Positions 24,556-37,596 of a DNA stretch of 64,000 bases are shown in pieces (the first letter of the stretch is position 1; each line of letters opens with the position of its first letter). This DNA is from Malacoraja senta (lineage: Eukaryota): the NCBI GenBank assembly GCA_038087875.1, contig CM075989.1, forward strand, positions 10,046,001 through 10,110,000, in the 5' to 3' direction. The notes under the pieces are model-generated. The model was not told the origin of the DNA. It worked only from the letters and a program-made list of their open reading frames with translations, and did not search any database. The position numbers were made by a program, and so were the translations under genes.

Positions 24556-26994
24556 GACATATCTAATAATATGAGACGTCTACTCAATATAATGCACTCA
24601 CACAAGAAGTATCAATTATTTCGCTGGACGCTGAAAAAGCATTTGACCAAGTAGAATGGAACTATATGGATAAAGTATTACAAAAATTCCAACTGGGAGA
24701 GAATTTTATTTTATGGATTAAATTATTATATAATAAACCTACAGCTAGAATATTAACTAATAACATATTATCCTTGAAATTTCAACTATCAAGGAGAAAT
24801 AGACAAGGATGCTCATTATCACCACAGTTGTTTGCTCTCATAATTGAACCTTTAGCAGAAAAAATTAGAACACATCCAGATATCCATGGGTATAATACTA
24901 AATACTCAAATAATAAAATATCCTTATACGCAGATGATATATTATTGTACATTACAAAACCTCAAATTACTATACCAAACATATTAAATCTAATTGAGGA
25001 CTTTGGATCTTTTTCCGGATACAGAATAAATTGGAATAAAAGTGAAATTATGTCAATAAAACCGAAAGATTCAACACATCTTTTAAAATTCCCTTTTAAA
25101 ATAGCTACAGAAAAATTTAAATACTTGGGTATTGAAATCACCAGAACATATCAAGGCATGTTCAAAGCAAATTTTGATCCTTTACTTAATAAATTAAATA
25201 CACTAATTACATTTTGGAAAACGCTTCCGATGTCTTTAATAGGCCGAATAAATACAATAAAAATGATCTTCTTACCACAAATTTTATACCTATTTCAATC
25301 GATTCCTATATACCTACCAAAGAAGTTTAAAAAAAAACTGGACTCAGATATTATTAATTTTATATGGGACTATAAATCACATAGAATACAAAGAACACAC
25401 TTGAACAAAGCTAAAGTAGTAGGGGGCTTAGCACTCCCTAACTTCATGTATTATTATTGGTCAGTAAATATTAAAAATATGATCCAACTGATGGACAATT
25501 CTGCTCAGCAAGTGGACTGGATTGTAATGGAGAGAGAGGACTGCTCCTCTGGAAACATTGGAGCGATCCTCCTCTCACCAATGAAACTGAATAACATAAA
25601 TTATAACAAAAACCCAATTATACATAGTACAATCAGAACTTGGAAACAAATAAAACAAAATTTAAAATTAAGAAATCTATCGTTTTATCTCCAATAGTTA
25701 ATAACCCTTCGTTTAATCCCTCTATTACAGACAAATCTTTTATACAATGGGATAGACTAGGAATTAAAACGTTCGGTGATCTGTATGAAACTGGAAAATT
25801 ACTATCATTCCAACAACTACAAATAAAATATAAACTGGGAAATAATCAATATTTTAAATATTTTCAAATATGTGACTATTTGAAAAAATATACAAAAGAT
25901 CATTATAATATCCCAGCAGATGTATTGGATGAAGCAATGCAGATAAAAGCTGACTCAGCAAACTTAATATCATATTTGTATAATATTATCTTAAATGTAG
26001 AAATACCATCTACGGAAGGTATTAGAAGAGACTGGGAACAAGAATTAGCTATTAAAATCTCAAAGGAAAGCTGGAATGAACATTTATTAAACGTGCATAA
26101 ATGTTCGATTAATGTAAGACACACTTTAATACAATTTAAAATTTTACATCGATTATATTATTCAAAAACTAAAATTAATAAAATTTTCCCAAATGTATCA
26201 TCCATTTGTGATAAATGTCAATCTCAAGAAGCTACTATAGCGCACTCATTTGTTTTCTGTACAAAAATTCAAAAATGTTGGATTGAAATTTTTGAAATCT
26301 TTACAAAATTATTTAAAATAAAACTGATACCAAAAGCAGAATGGATTATCTTCGGAACAACGGAAGATAGTCCTGAACTAAATGTGTTTCAAAAGAAATT
26401 AATAGACTATAGGTTAATAACTGGAAAAAAGTTAATCCTAAAATTCTGGAAAAATGCTCCAATACCAACTATAAACATGTGGATTTCAAATATGTTCGAA
26501 ACATTACACCTAGAAGAGATAAGACTCCTCCTGGCAAGTAAACCAGATCACTTCCACCTGACGTGGTCTGCATTCATAGAATTATTACACGTATAGGGTG
26601 CAAAAGTATAAAAAAAATATTTTTTTTTAAACTAAGGTCAGGTAAAGGGGGATGAAAGCTGGGGAGTTGGTATATCCCATTTCCGTGATGCGTATAACAA
26701 AGTATTTGTTTTTCTCTTTTTCCTCTTTTTCTTTTTTCTTCTTCTTTAGGGTCTATCTCTTAATCCTTTCTTTTTAATTTCTTTCTTACAGGGTCTTTGT
26801 TCTTTCTTGTTGTCACGTTTTTACACCTTCACTATTTTCCTTCACTTTCTCTTTTTTCTTAATCTTAACCTTTCCTTCTTATTAGTGTAAAAAATTACGG
26901 AGTACATTAATTGTAATAATATGTACATGATGAGTACTAATGTAATTGGTTGTAATGTAATGTACTTCTAATAAATAAAAATGTTTTTAAAAAA
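24556..26994 (+). mobile_element. 5'-truncated L1-clade LINE (RT and C-terminus, frameshifted)
   Basis: SLDAEKAFD, RQGCSLSP, LYADD and KYLG motifs; ORFs 24666-25697 and 25640-26596 overlap across a frameshift; 3' UTR with AATAAA and an A tail. Same family as 8897-9841. Confidence 0.95.
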
Positions 26995-27908
26995 AGCATT
27001 CCCTCAAGGGTGATCTGCAATTGATTCCGACAAGGGCGGCTTCCATTTGCACAACACCTCGATCTATAAACTAAGATTAAAACTTGAGCAAGATCTTTCT
27101 TGCAGCAACAGTCCTACCTGGCTGGGATTTTTTTAAACGAAAACATTGACTTCTTAGTTGTTCAACAATTGAATAAGAAAGAAAAGAAAGCTTTGGTGCC
27201 CGACCCTGGCATTAACCGTTGATGGATGGATGCCACTGAGGTAGGCTTCTGGCACAGCAACACAATATAACATGGATGAAAAGCAAATGGGTTGGTATCT
27301 AAATAAACAAACGGAACAAACCACAGGACAGGAAGATGGGGCGGGGGGGGGGGGGGGGGGGGGGTGATAATTGAACATGACTTTGCATTCTCCTCAAGTG
27401 AGTTCATTTGCAGAGGTTTCCACTCCTGGTCAGTCGTGCTACAACCAGAACAAGTCCTGGATTCCCTGCATCTGGGGAATTGGGAGCTCTGGCTTCATTG
27501 TTTTGGGATGGGCAGATTAGTGTTGAGAGCATTAAGGTTAACTTGGCTTGGAATTCATTGCTTGATTTGTGTTAAACAGTCAAAGGTGCACGGAGGTCTA
27601 CTTCTGAAATTTGAATTTCAGAAGTTTAATCAGAGTGAAATCATTTTCACTGGTTGACAGGGAGGCAAAAATGCTGGAGAATCTCAGTGGGTGAGGCAGC
27701 ATCTATGGAGCGAAAGAATAGGTGACGTTTCGGGTCGAGACCCTTCTTCAGACTGATTCACTGGTTGACGAGTCTCAAGGCAGGAGATTAAAAGACTTGA
27801 AGGTAGACAAAAGTGCTGGAGAAACTCAGAGGGTGCGGCAGCATCTATGGATTCACAGGATTGAAGTAAAGAAACACACACACACACACACGAATAATAA
27901 AAATGACA
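26995..27908 (+). repeat. Direct duplication, copy 2
   Basis: Begins immediately after the L1 A-tail. Confidence 0.95.
27724..27751 (-). ncRNA. Minimal hammerhead motif on the SMAD3 sense strand (duplicate)
   Basis: Identical to 24364-24391. Confidence 0.6.
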
Positions 27909-28294
27909 CTTTCCTCCAAAAGTGGCAAATGCTGCTGGGTTTAACGTTATCTTTAAAATATGACAATGTTATTAACTTAGATCGCAGTTGGCAGGCCTTT
28001 ATGGAATTTCAGGAGGATTCTGCATTACAGTAGCATTCCCCATAACACCCAAAATGTGCTGCAGTGAAAGCTGCTGAGGGGAGGAATGTGAAGGACACCA
28101 GGGTGTTCCCACTGGATGGTCACATTGGTTCCAACCTCAGCCATCCCGACACAGACAGAGGTCATGGCTGGCTGCTGACCACAGCGAGGCACAGGTTAAT
28201 CACTCTACTGACAGGCGGCCAGCAGTTCACACTGTGTTTAGCTGCAGCAGCGGTGCATGAAATAGGCAGGCAGACGTAGACAGCCACCTATCAG

Positions 28295-28503
28295 GACACA
28301 AAAGGCTGGAGTAACTCAGCGGGACAGACAGCATCTCTGGAGAGAAGGGATGGATGACGTTTCGGGCTGAGAACCTTCTTCAGACCTTCGTCTCGACCCG
28401 AAACATCACCCACTCCTTCTCTCCAGAGATGCTGCCTGTCCTGCTGAGTTACTCCAGCTTTTTGTGTCTATCTTTGGTTTAATCCAGCATCTGCAGTTCC
28501 TTC
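28295..28503. mobile_element. pLTR hairpin element
   Basis: ~80 bp inverted arms. Confidence 0.85.
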
Positions 28504-30212
28504 CGACCCATCAGGACACTTTAGTTCACCTCCTCACCATTGTAACTGAAGAATAGGTCGCCACTGTATACAGAGCAGGCCTCAGCTAAGAGGATCCTGG
28601 TACTCTGCGGGCGGAAAGAAGAGTGGAGCTTGGGTCAGATAATGGGTCGGAGTGGAAGGGGAAGTGTGCTTGGGAACACCACAATCGGTCTAGTCTACCG
28701 CAAAGAAAAAAATAAACCCACATCCTGGACACAGGTGAAATTCTGCAGTGACTTGATGAGCTAATATGATTTGGTTGGTGGTGGGGGGGGGGGGGGGGGG
28801 GGTTTGCAGGTTAAATTTTGCAGTAAGTTAATGAGTTAATATAATTTGGGGGGGGGGCAGGGGAAACAGGTTAAATTCTGTAGTGAGTTAGTGTCAATAT
28901 GATTAGAGGTGGGGGTGGAGAGAGGGGAAGGTGATGAGTTCTCACATCTTACATAAAATCAAATCCAGTCAATGAGCCAACAGGTCAGCAATTACCCTTT
29001 AGAAACATAGAATAAGAATTGCAGGAAGAGGCCCTTCAGTCCTTCAGACTTGCTCCAGGAATCAAAGCAATCATGGCTCCACATCCATCTTAGCAGTCTA
29101 CGCCTTCTCCCGATAACCCTCGCACTAAGAGAAATCTTCCTCCTCCCCGGACACATTTAATGACGTGACCTCCATTGCCTCGGTGGGAGAGAATTCCTCA
29201 GGTTCCCCATCTCCATGGAGGAATTTCATCAAATTATGTTTGTTCTTTGTGGCATGCTCTCTATCGCAAGGTTTTACCACCCTCATTAACCAGCTATCAC
29301 GAGCATCCTGTTTAAATGAAGTCTGTTCACTCCTCCCTGCAAAGGCAGGCATCGATTTAACTTAAGCAGCAAAGTTTTAACAAAAGTGGACCATTTGGCA
29401 CCTTTAATCTTTTTCGCTGTTCAAGATCGATCAATAGTGCAGAATGGGTACTTGCTTCACTCTCCAATAAAACATCAGTGTAATTTTCCATACACCGCGC
29501 TACATCTTGAGAATACGAGCATGCTTCCAACAATTTCCCATCCTTATACTTCAATGGGCAAGAATATACTGGGTGTGGGAGCGTGGTGGATCAGAAAACT
29601 TTCACCTCAACATTGGCATTGGAGCATCAATACCACCTTCACTACACAGAGTTTCAGATTTTTAAAAGAAATAAAAACCAGCACTGCAAGCTGTCTGATA
29701 ATCTGCATGATTGCTTTTGATCCAGTATTAGTTTAAGATTCTTAAGTGATTTGATCATTTGGGCTGAGAAAATAAAGATAAACGTATCTTTCTTCTGCCA
29801 GGCTTTCCTATCTGACCTTTGAGAAGTTGCACATTTCAAATATTCATGTCTTCAGGCAACAGACTGCAGACAGCAAAGACTCCTCAATGCAACTTGCTTT
29901 ATCAGCTATCTGATCCATTGCACACCTTTAACCTCTGACCTCTTGCCATTTACAACATCTCTCATGTTACTTTCTGTTATCAATTCTCCTGTGGTCCGTA
30001 TTCATCTGAACTTTGAACTGCTGAGCCTACAAGAATCTAAACATGCCTTCTGTTGCTCGCTGTGTTCCATTGAGACACTGTTAGGCCTCTCGTTATTCCC
30101 TGGATCTCAAATTTGCTGCAATTATTGCATCTCTCAAGTTACCTGTTCACCTTCAGTCTTCTCCAGAGATCGACGCCCTCTAACCCCTGGTTTCTTGCTT
30201 TGCCAGAGGTAA

Positions 30213-30909
30213 AGGGCCTGTCCCACTTACGTGTCCTTGGCACGCAAATTACGCGACCTCGTGGGCGCGTTGAGCCGAGACGGACGAGCGAAGGTCGGGC
30301 GCGATTACACACAGCCGTCTGGAGCACGTGACATCATTTGAAGATGGACACAAATGCTGGAGTAACTCAGTGGGACCAGCAGCATCTCTGGAGTGAAGCA
30401 ATGGGTGACGTTTCGTGTCGAGACTCTTGTTCAGTCTGAAAAGAAGGGTCTTGACCCGAAAAATCACTCATTGCTTCTCTCCAGAGATGCTGCCGGTCCC
30501 GCTGAGTTACTCCTGCATTTTGTGTCTATCTTCAATTTTCTTGGCCCTGCTCTGGGAGTGGAAGTGGGGGCGGATCCGGACCGCAACGGCCGTGAGCCCC
30601 AGGCCGAGTTCGGCGATCGTTTGCCTGCTTCTGCTGCTGTTGAAGGTGAGACGTTGCGTCGAGCCAGGGTCTTGGGCCTGTCCCACATTGGCCGTCAGTT
30701 CCGCGACAGGCCGTTGGCGGGCGAAGATTTCGTTCACTGCAAGAATTTCGGAGCCCCGCACGATGTCGGGACCGGCCCCGCACAACTCCATACCCTTCCG
30801 CGCTTCTAAGTGGGACCGACCCCGCGCGGCCATATGGTGCCCGTACGCCTGAAGCGACCACGAGGTCGTGTAATTTGCGAGCCAAGGACGCGTAAGTGGG
30901 ACTGGCCCT
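30213..30909. mobile_element. PIF/Harbinger MITE with a nested pLTR hairpin (~30340-30533)
   Basis: ~50 bp imperfect TIRs (agggcctgtcccacttacgtgtccttggcacgcaaattacgcgacctcgtgg); flanks TAA / TTA. Confidence 0.88.
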
Positions 30910-32039
30910 TTACACACGGAAATCGGCAGCTCAGCAAGTCAACCAACCATCAACGACACATTTAGACTAAACTCACATTAATCCTGCGTATAGGCGTGGC
31001 ATTGCTACGCTTTTATCATGTGTACTAAGATACAGTGAAAAGCTTTGTTTGCGTGACATCCAGTCAAATCATACTATACTGGAGTACATGATCAAGCCAT
31101 ACACACATATCAGATAGTGGAAAGAGATGTGAAAAACCCCTGAAAAACCCTTTTAATGGGGATCTCTTGATCATAAAACAATATTGGCAATGGAATTCTG
31201 GATGCTCATCAATATTTCCAATGGTACCCAGGAATGCAAAGCCAGTGAGGGGTGAGGGGTGGGGGGGTTGGGGTAGGAGGCAGGGAGGGGTAGGCACCTA
31301 CAGGAGCACACGAGATAAGGTTAATCTTTGCAAGCCGTCTCCCTACTTTCTAGAGAGAGCTAGACAGGGCTCTTAAAGATAGCGGAGTCAGGGGATATGG
31401 GGAGAAGGCAGGAAAGGGGTACTGATTGGGGATGATCAGCCATGATCACATTGAATGGCGGTGCTGGCTCGAAGGGCCGAATGGCCTCGTCCTGCGTCTA
31501 TTGTCTATTGTCCCTATAGAGTTGGCAGTTCATAGCTTGTCACATGCAAAGAAGGTTGCGAATCACAAAGCAATGTGCTGGCTAAGGGAATCCGTGAAAT
31601 TCAAAGTAAAAAGTTAATATCAACACTATTTAGTGAAGAATTGAGTGAGCCAGACAAATGGAGCTATCAAACACACTGGAGGAGTTTGAATAACAAGCCA
31701 AGTGGCAGTGAGTTACGTCTGACAACTGCCAATGGTGTTGGATAGCAGCGACTGTGACCTAATAGCGAATGTTCGCCAATAATCACATAGGAGAATAAGA
31801 ATTGAACAGTGCGGCTAACCCATGGCCATAAATCATTGCCGCAAGCATCAGCCATTTGAGTGCCAGGCCAATGTGATAAACGGTTCACCCGCCACCACTG
31901 CCCACATGGATTATTCGGCTTCGTCCTGTTCTCAAATATACAATAATACGGGAGCAGACAGGTGCTGCGCTGCAGTACAGAGGAGCCACTGCATTGTTGA
32001 CTGCGTCGCATTCCAGATACCAACTCAACTTAGGAGCTC

Positions 32040-32202
32040 TGTGCAGGAAGGAACTGCAGATGCTGGTTTAAACAGAAGACAGACACAAAATGCTGGAGTA
32101 ACTCAGTGGGACAAGCAGCATCTCTGGAGAGAAGGAATGGGTGATGTTTTGGGTCAAGACCCTTCTTCAGACTGAGTTACTCCAGCATTTTGTGTCTATC
32201 TT
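32040..32202. mobile_element. pLTR hairpin element
   Basis: Minus-strand arm with hammerhead motif plus a short inverted arm. Confidence 0.8.
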
Positions 32203-32824
32203 CAACTAAGAGCACTGGTGAATAGTAATGCTGGAAGAGGTCCACAATCCCGAGACAATGGGCGAAACATCGTCATCAGAGACACCTCCAAGAGAAAGGC
32301 AGCTTGGCCAGTCAACCCCCTTCTTGACATTTTAGGGATTGGAGCCGCAATCGCCTGTGTGTGGAGCACCCTGGAAACATTTCTGAAAGTTGTGCCAAAA
32401 CTACAGCAGCAATTTAAGTTTATATACTGCATTTAATGTAATGGTTCAATGGTACTTCATTGTCACGTATGGTACAGTGAAATTCATTTTTGTATACAGT
32501 TTAGTATGTATCACTACATATTTGGTGCTTAGATAAGCATCTCAATACCACATCCTTGGGCGGCAATGACCAAACAAACTGATGCCAAGGCCAGGTAGAG
32601 CAAAAGCTCTTCATGTAGATCTTGGAGAATCTTGGGAATTCACTACACTTGAGGCTCAGTCACTGACTGCATTTAAAACGGAGACACAGATTTTTGGATA
32701 TTAAAACAATCAATGGATAAGAAGACAGGGCAGGAAAGTGAGACTGGAGGTAGAAGATCATCTCTGATCTTGTTGACAGGATCATGCGGGCAAACGGCAT
32801 AGACCTGCCCCTCTCCTATTATAA

Positions 32825-33010
32825 CAAGGAATTGAAGATGCTGGTTTCCAAAAGAAAGTCACAAGTGCTGGAATACCTCAGCAGATCAGGCAACATCTCT
32901 GGAGAACATGGATAGGTGATGTTTCGGGTCGGGATCCGTCGTCAGACCGATTGTGGCAGGAAAGAAAGCTAAGAGAGATGGGGCAGGACAGCACAGGTCA
33001 AAGAGATGGG
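32825..33010 (-). mobile_element. Penelope pLTR fragment
   Basis: Minus strand reads ggt-CTGACGA-cggatcccgaccc-GAAAC-atc-acc. Confidence 0.7.
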
Positions 33011-33354
33011 TTCTAGTGAGCTTCTAAAAGGGGCAAGAGAGGGAGAAATGGCAAAGTAGGGATGGATGATCATTGAAATCATTGAGCTCCACAACTTACA
33101 GCATCTGGCATTTAAACCTGTGCCTGCCAATGCTGGAACAATTAAAATCAGATGTAGAACAAGCTAGAATTGAAAGAGTGTAAAGGTTTCAAAAATGCCG
33201 AAAGAGATTTCAGTGATAAACCACAGGCAGACTGAAAAACAAAAATGCCAATCCAGGTCCAAGTTCCACTTTACACTGCTATAATATCACAATATGATTC
33301 ACCTAGACTCTTACTGTGTAGCAGCTGGGGGTAGACTCATGATCAAAGATAAAA

Positions 33355-34265
33355 CACTTGGACATAAATGTAGATGGATTAAGTTTGCAAACAACACCAA
33401 AATTGGCAAAGGTGTAGACAGTGAGGAAGGCTGTCGAAAGAATTTTAGATCAGTTACAAATCGGTGAAGAAGTGGCAGAAGGAGTTTAATCAGAGTGTGA
33501 GTGAGGTGTTGCACTTTGGGGGGTTGAATGTAAAGGGAAAGTATACAGCTCATGGCAAGACCCTTAACAGCACTCAGGGTGCAGGTCCATAGCCATAGTC
33601 CCTGAAAGTGGCAACACTAGTAGATAGAGTAGTGAAGAAGGCATATGGCATGCTTGCTTTCATCAGTTCAGGCACTGTGTACAAGAGTCAGGACATGATG
33701 ACGTTGCAGATTTATTTTTAAAAGTTTGGTTCGGCCACATATGGAGTATTATGTGGAGCTCTGGTAGCCTGATCATCTGAGGGATGGGTTGGCTTTGGAG
33801 AGAATACAGAAGTGGTTTACCAGAATGTGGCCTGGATTAGAGAACATTCACTACGAGGAGAGGGTGAACAAACTTGGGTTGTTTTCTCTGAAGCATCGGA
33901 TGTTGAGGGGAGACCTGATAGAAGTATTTAAAATTATGAGAGGCATAGACAGGATGGACAGTCAGAATTTTTACCCCAAGGTGGAAATGTTAAATACTAG
34001 AGGACAAAGCTTTAAGGTCAGAAGCGGAAAGTTTAAAGGAGGTATGCAGGACAGGTTTTTCCTTCGCGCGGAGTGACGGCTTCCTGGAGCATGCTGCCAG
34101 GGGTGGTGGTGGAAACAGGTATGATAGCGGAGTTTAAGAAGCATGTGGATATGCAGGGAATGGAGGAATATGGATCAAGTGCAGGTAGAGGAGATTAACG
34201 GCGTCATGTTGGACATTGATATTGTGGGCTGAAGGGCCTATTCCTATGCTGTACTATTCTCTGTT
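33355..34265 (+). mobile_element. CR1 LINE 3' part (degenerate RT)
   Basis: KFA(D/N)NTKIG; ALERIQKWFTRM.PGL...LGLFSL...RGDLIEVFKIMRG. Confidence 0.88.
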
Positions 34266-35244
34266 CCATGTCAAGCCACTTCAGAAGGATTTCTTCTTCA
34301 TGCCCGATCTCTCCAGAGAAACTGGGGAATAAAGTCATTATCCACAATGGAGCAGGAGGGTTAAATTTCTTAGGAAATGGCAAAACATTTTGTCCTAGCC
34401 TATTCGACACTTTCCATTATCTGTTTGTAGTGCAGAGGAGGAATCCATAGCCTTGTGCCTTTTTTCAAATCATATCTCAGGTTTGCTTTGCCAATTCTGC
34501 GTGTTCTGCAATTGCAGCTGTCATCATCATTTGGGAGTTCCTGGTGATCTACACCATACTTTCCCCACACCGTTTGTACAGTAGAAACCTCTTTTAGATG
34601 GAGGCAAATCTGCACACTGTAAGCAAAGGGGAACGGAGGAACGGGGGTTACGTTACCAAACAAGCATCCACTGACCCTGCCCAGGGGTCCCACGGTGCAT
34701 ATTTGAATCCCACCATGGTAACTGCAAAATTTAAACAGAAGTAAATTAACAGAATTTAAATTAAAAGCCACACTTGGTAATGGTAACCAAAGTCAAACTA
34801 TTTTAAAAAAAACTCGCATTAGTGCTCATCAGAGAAGGAAATTTGACCTTTAAAAGTGACTCGTGTCCTCATAACATGGCCGACTCCCAAGTTCAATGGT
34901 AATTAGGAAAAACACAATAAATGTTGGCATTGCGTGCAATATCCAACTGAGTGAATGAATCACGGCCTGTTCTGCTATCCAATAACATCGCAGGTGATCC
35001 TGTACCACAGATCCATCTTACCAATCCTACCTCTACATTTAACATTTGATAAGAACAAAATACGTGCAGAAGGAGGCAACTCGGGCCCTCAAACCATCCA
35101 CCCCCTCCCCGCCCTTCTATATGATCATGGCTACTCTGCCCCAGGCCTCACCTCCTCTTCTGTGCCAGTTTCCCATCAGTCCTCAATTCCCTGTTCTTTC
35201 AATTATATATTTTCTCTTTTTACAAGTATTCCCCATGGTTAGTA

Positions 35245-35690
35245 GCGTCATACGTTGTGGAAAACAGGCCCTTCGGCCCAACTTGCCCACACCAGCCAAT
35301 ATGTCCCATCTACACAAGTCCCACCTGCCTGCATTTGGCCCATATCCCTCTAAACCTATCCCGCCCATGTACCTGTTTAAATGTTTCTTAAACGTTGCAA
35401 TAGTACCTGCCTCAACTACCTCCTGTGACAGCTCGTTCCATACACTACCACCCTTTGTATAAAAAAGTTACCCCTTAGGTTCCTATTAAATCTTTTCTCC
35501 CTCACTTTAAACCTATATCCTCAGATTCTAGATTCCCCTACTCTTGTGTTTATCTGATCTATTCCTCTCATGATTTTGTACACCTCCATAATATCACTCC
35601 TCAGCCTCCTGCACTCCAAGGAATAGAGTCCTAGCCTGCTCAACCTCTCCCCATAGCTTGAGTCCTGGCAACATCTTCGTAAATCTACTC
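35245..35690 (-). mobile_element. CR1 3' fragment
   Basis: Reverse complement of a CR1 end. Confidence 0.85.
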
Positions 35691-37267
35691 TGTATCCAGA
35701 AAACTCAGGGGCTCAGAATTTCAGAGATTCTCCACCCTCTGTGAGAAGTTGCTTCTACACAACTCCATGTTAAATAACCAGATATCATTCTCTTGCACAA
35801 TTCGCTAGGGAATAGGGAGCAGCCTACCGTTGCTCAATATCCACACCATTCCCACCTCACTCATCAATGTGGAGCAGAGGAGCCCAAGGGTAGGCATGAT
35901 AGAGCAGTGAGAGCAGCATAAATAGGGTGGAGGGTTAAAGACATTTCTCCTCCCGGAAGGTTGTTGGACCTCGAATGCACTTCCTGAGTTTCTGTGGTTC
36001 CAGTAGTGGAGACAGAGACTCTTGCAATGTTTAGGTAGTACCTGAACGAGCAGTTGAATCCCCACGGCAGATAAGACTGCAGACCAAATGGCGAGAAGCG
36101 AGATGAATATAGATAGGCACCTAGTTAGCAAAGACATGATGGGCTGAAGGGTCTGTTTCTGTGTTGTACGACTCTATGGTCAACATCCCACTGGTGCCCA
36201 GCCATCGATCATGTTCTGCAAACAGACAGTGGGACGATTCAGCCGCTCTAACCTGCCTCAACATTCAGTGCGGTCGTGGCCGATCTGCTTTCCAACTCCA
36301 GCCCCCGCCCCTTCTCACTTGCCCCCCTCTCCCTCCCCAACCTTCCCACAGCTCCAACACCCTGTGCCAACAGGATGGTGCTCCCGAGTCTCTGATGTGG
36401 GACTCGGACCTAAAAACCTGCTGGCTCAGGAGGCGACCAAGTGCTACCCACCCAGGCACAGGAGGGCGCACAGAAGGGAGGGGCGAGGTTGTGAGAGGCA
36501 CATAGTGTGGGAGCCAGTCGGCTGGCTGCCAGAGGTTGCGTCAGCCCTTCCCCATGCCCAGTGCTGCTGATGCAACAGGGAAAGGGCAGCTTTCCTGCAC
36601 TGGGTTTGGCCGTTGGAAAGTGTCCCATTCAGGCCTCCAGCTTCCTAGAAGTGCAGCGTTGGTGTAATTTACAAACACTCTGGCACCAAAAGTACTGAGC
36701 CAGCCATTTACTACCTGCTTCAGCTGTGAGAGGTCTGTGACTGCCACAGTGAAAACAAAACCATATTTGTAGAGTACAGACTCACCATCGACCAAAGCCC
36801 TTCACAACGTCAAGAGGCTGGCTAACAGGCTGATTTTGTACAGTCGCACCGTCACCGAGATATTTTGGAAAACATTTTTTTACAACAAGACAATTATACT
36901 AATCTTTAACACAGAAACATAGAATGCTGGAAACACTTAGGAAGCCAGGCGGCACCTGTGGAGCGTGAAACAGAGTCAATGCATCAGGGCGAAAAGCCTT
37001 CATCAATCTATTCCATTCACAACAGACAACCTGAGCTTCACTTCTTCACCTAACTCTTACCTCTCTGCTCTCAGCCTCCTCCATTACCCCAACAATGCCC
37101 AAGGCAAACTTCAACATCAACACCTCCATTTCCTTAAGGGCGTGTTCCAGCCAGCAATTTAACACAAATGAACAGCTCCAGGTAAACCTTGTTTTGTTTT
37201 CTCCATCAAAGTGTCTGCACCTTTCGATTTCAATGCATTTCAGTTTTTCTCTTCCATCTCCTTCCAC

Positions 37268-37596
37268 CAGACCAGTAGATGGTACGGAAGCTTGGAAGCG
37301 CGCACCACCAGAACAGCTTCTTCCTCTGTGATCAGGCTTCTGAACAGTTCTTCCATGAAATAGGGTACTGTACGATTCAACAGTACCCTAGTGCAGATAT
37401 TGGACCTAGTCTTTGGAGCTGTTGTGCTGCAATGCCAAGAACTATATTCTGCACCATGTATCTTACCCTTTGCTCTACCTATTGAACTTGAGTTTGACTG
37501 GTTATATTTATACAGAGTATTATCTGATCTGAATGGATAGCATGCAAAAACAAAGCTTTTCACTGTACTTCAAGACGTGACAATAATAAACCTAAA
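37268..37596 (+). mobile_element. Rex1-type 3' fragment
   Basis: gaacagcttcttcc...cttttcactgtacttcaagacgtgacaataataaa. Confidence 0.7.

Noticed and set aside
23616..27908. LTR retrotransposon (direct repeats around an RT)
   Set aside because: The RT is L1-clade with an A-tail, and the repeats lack TG...CA ends, PBS and PPT and contain unrelated host repeats.
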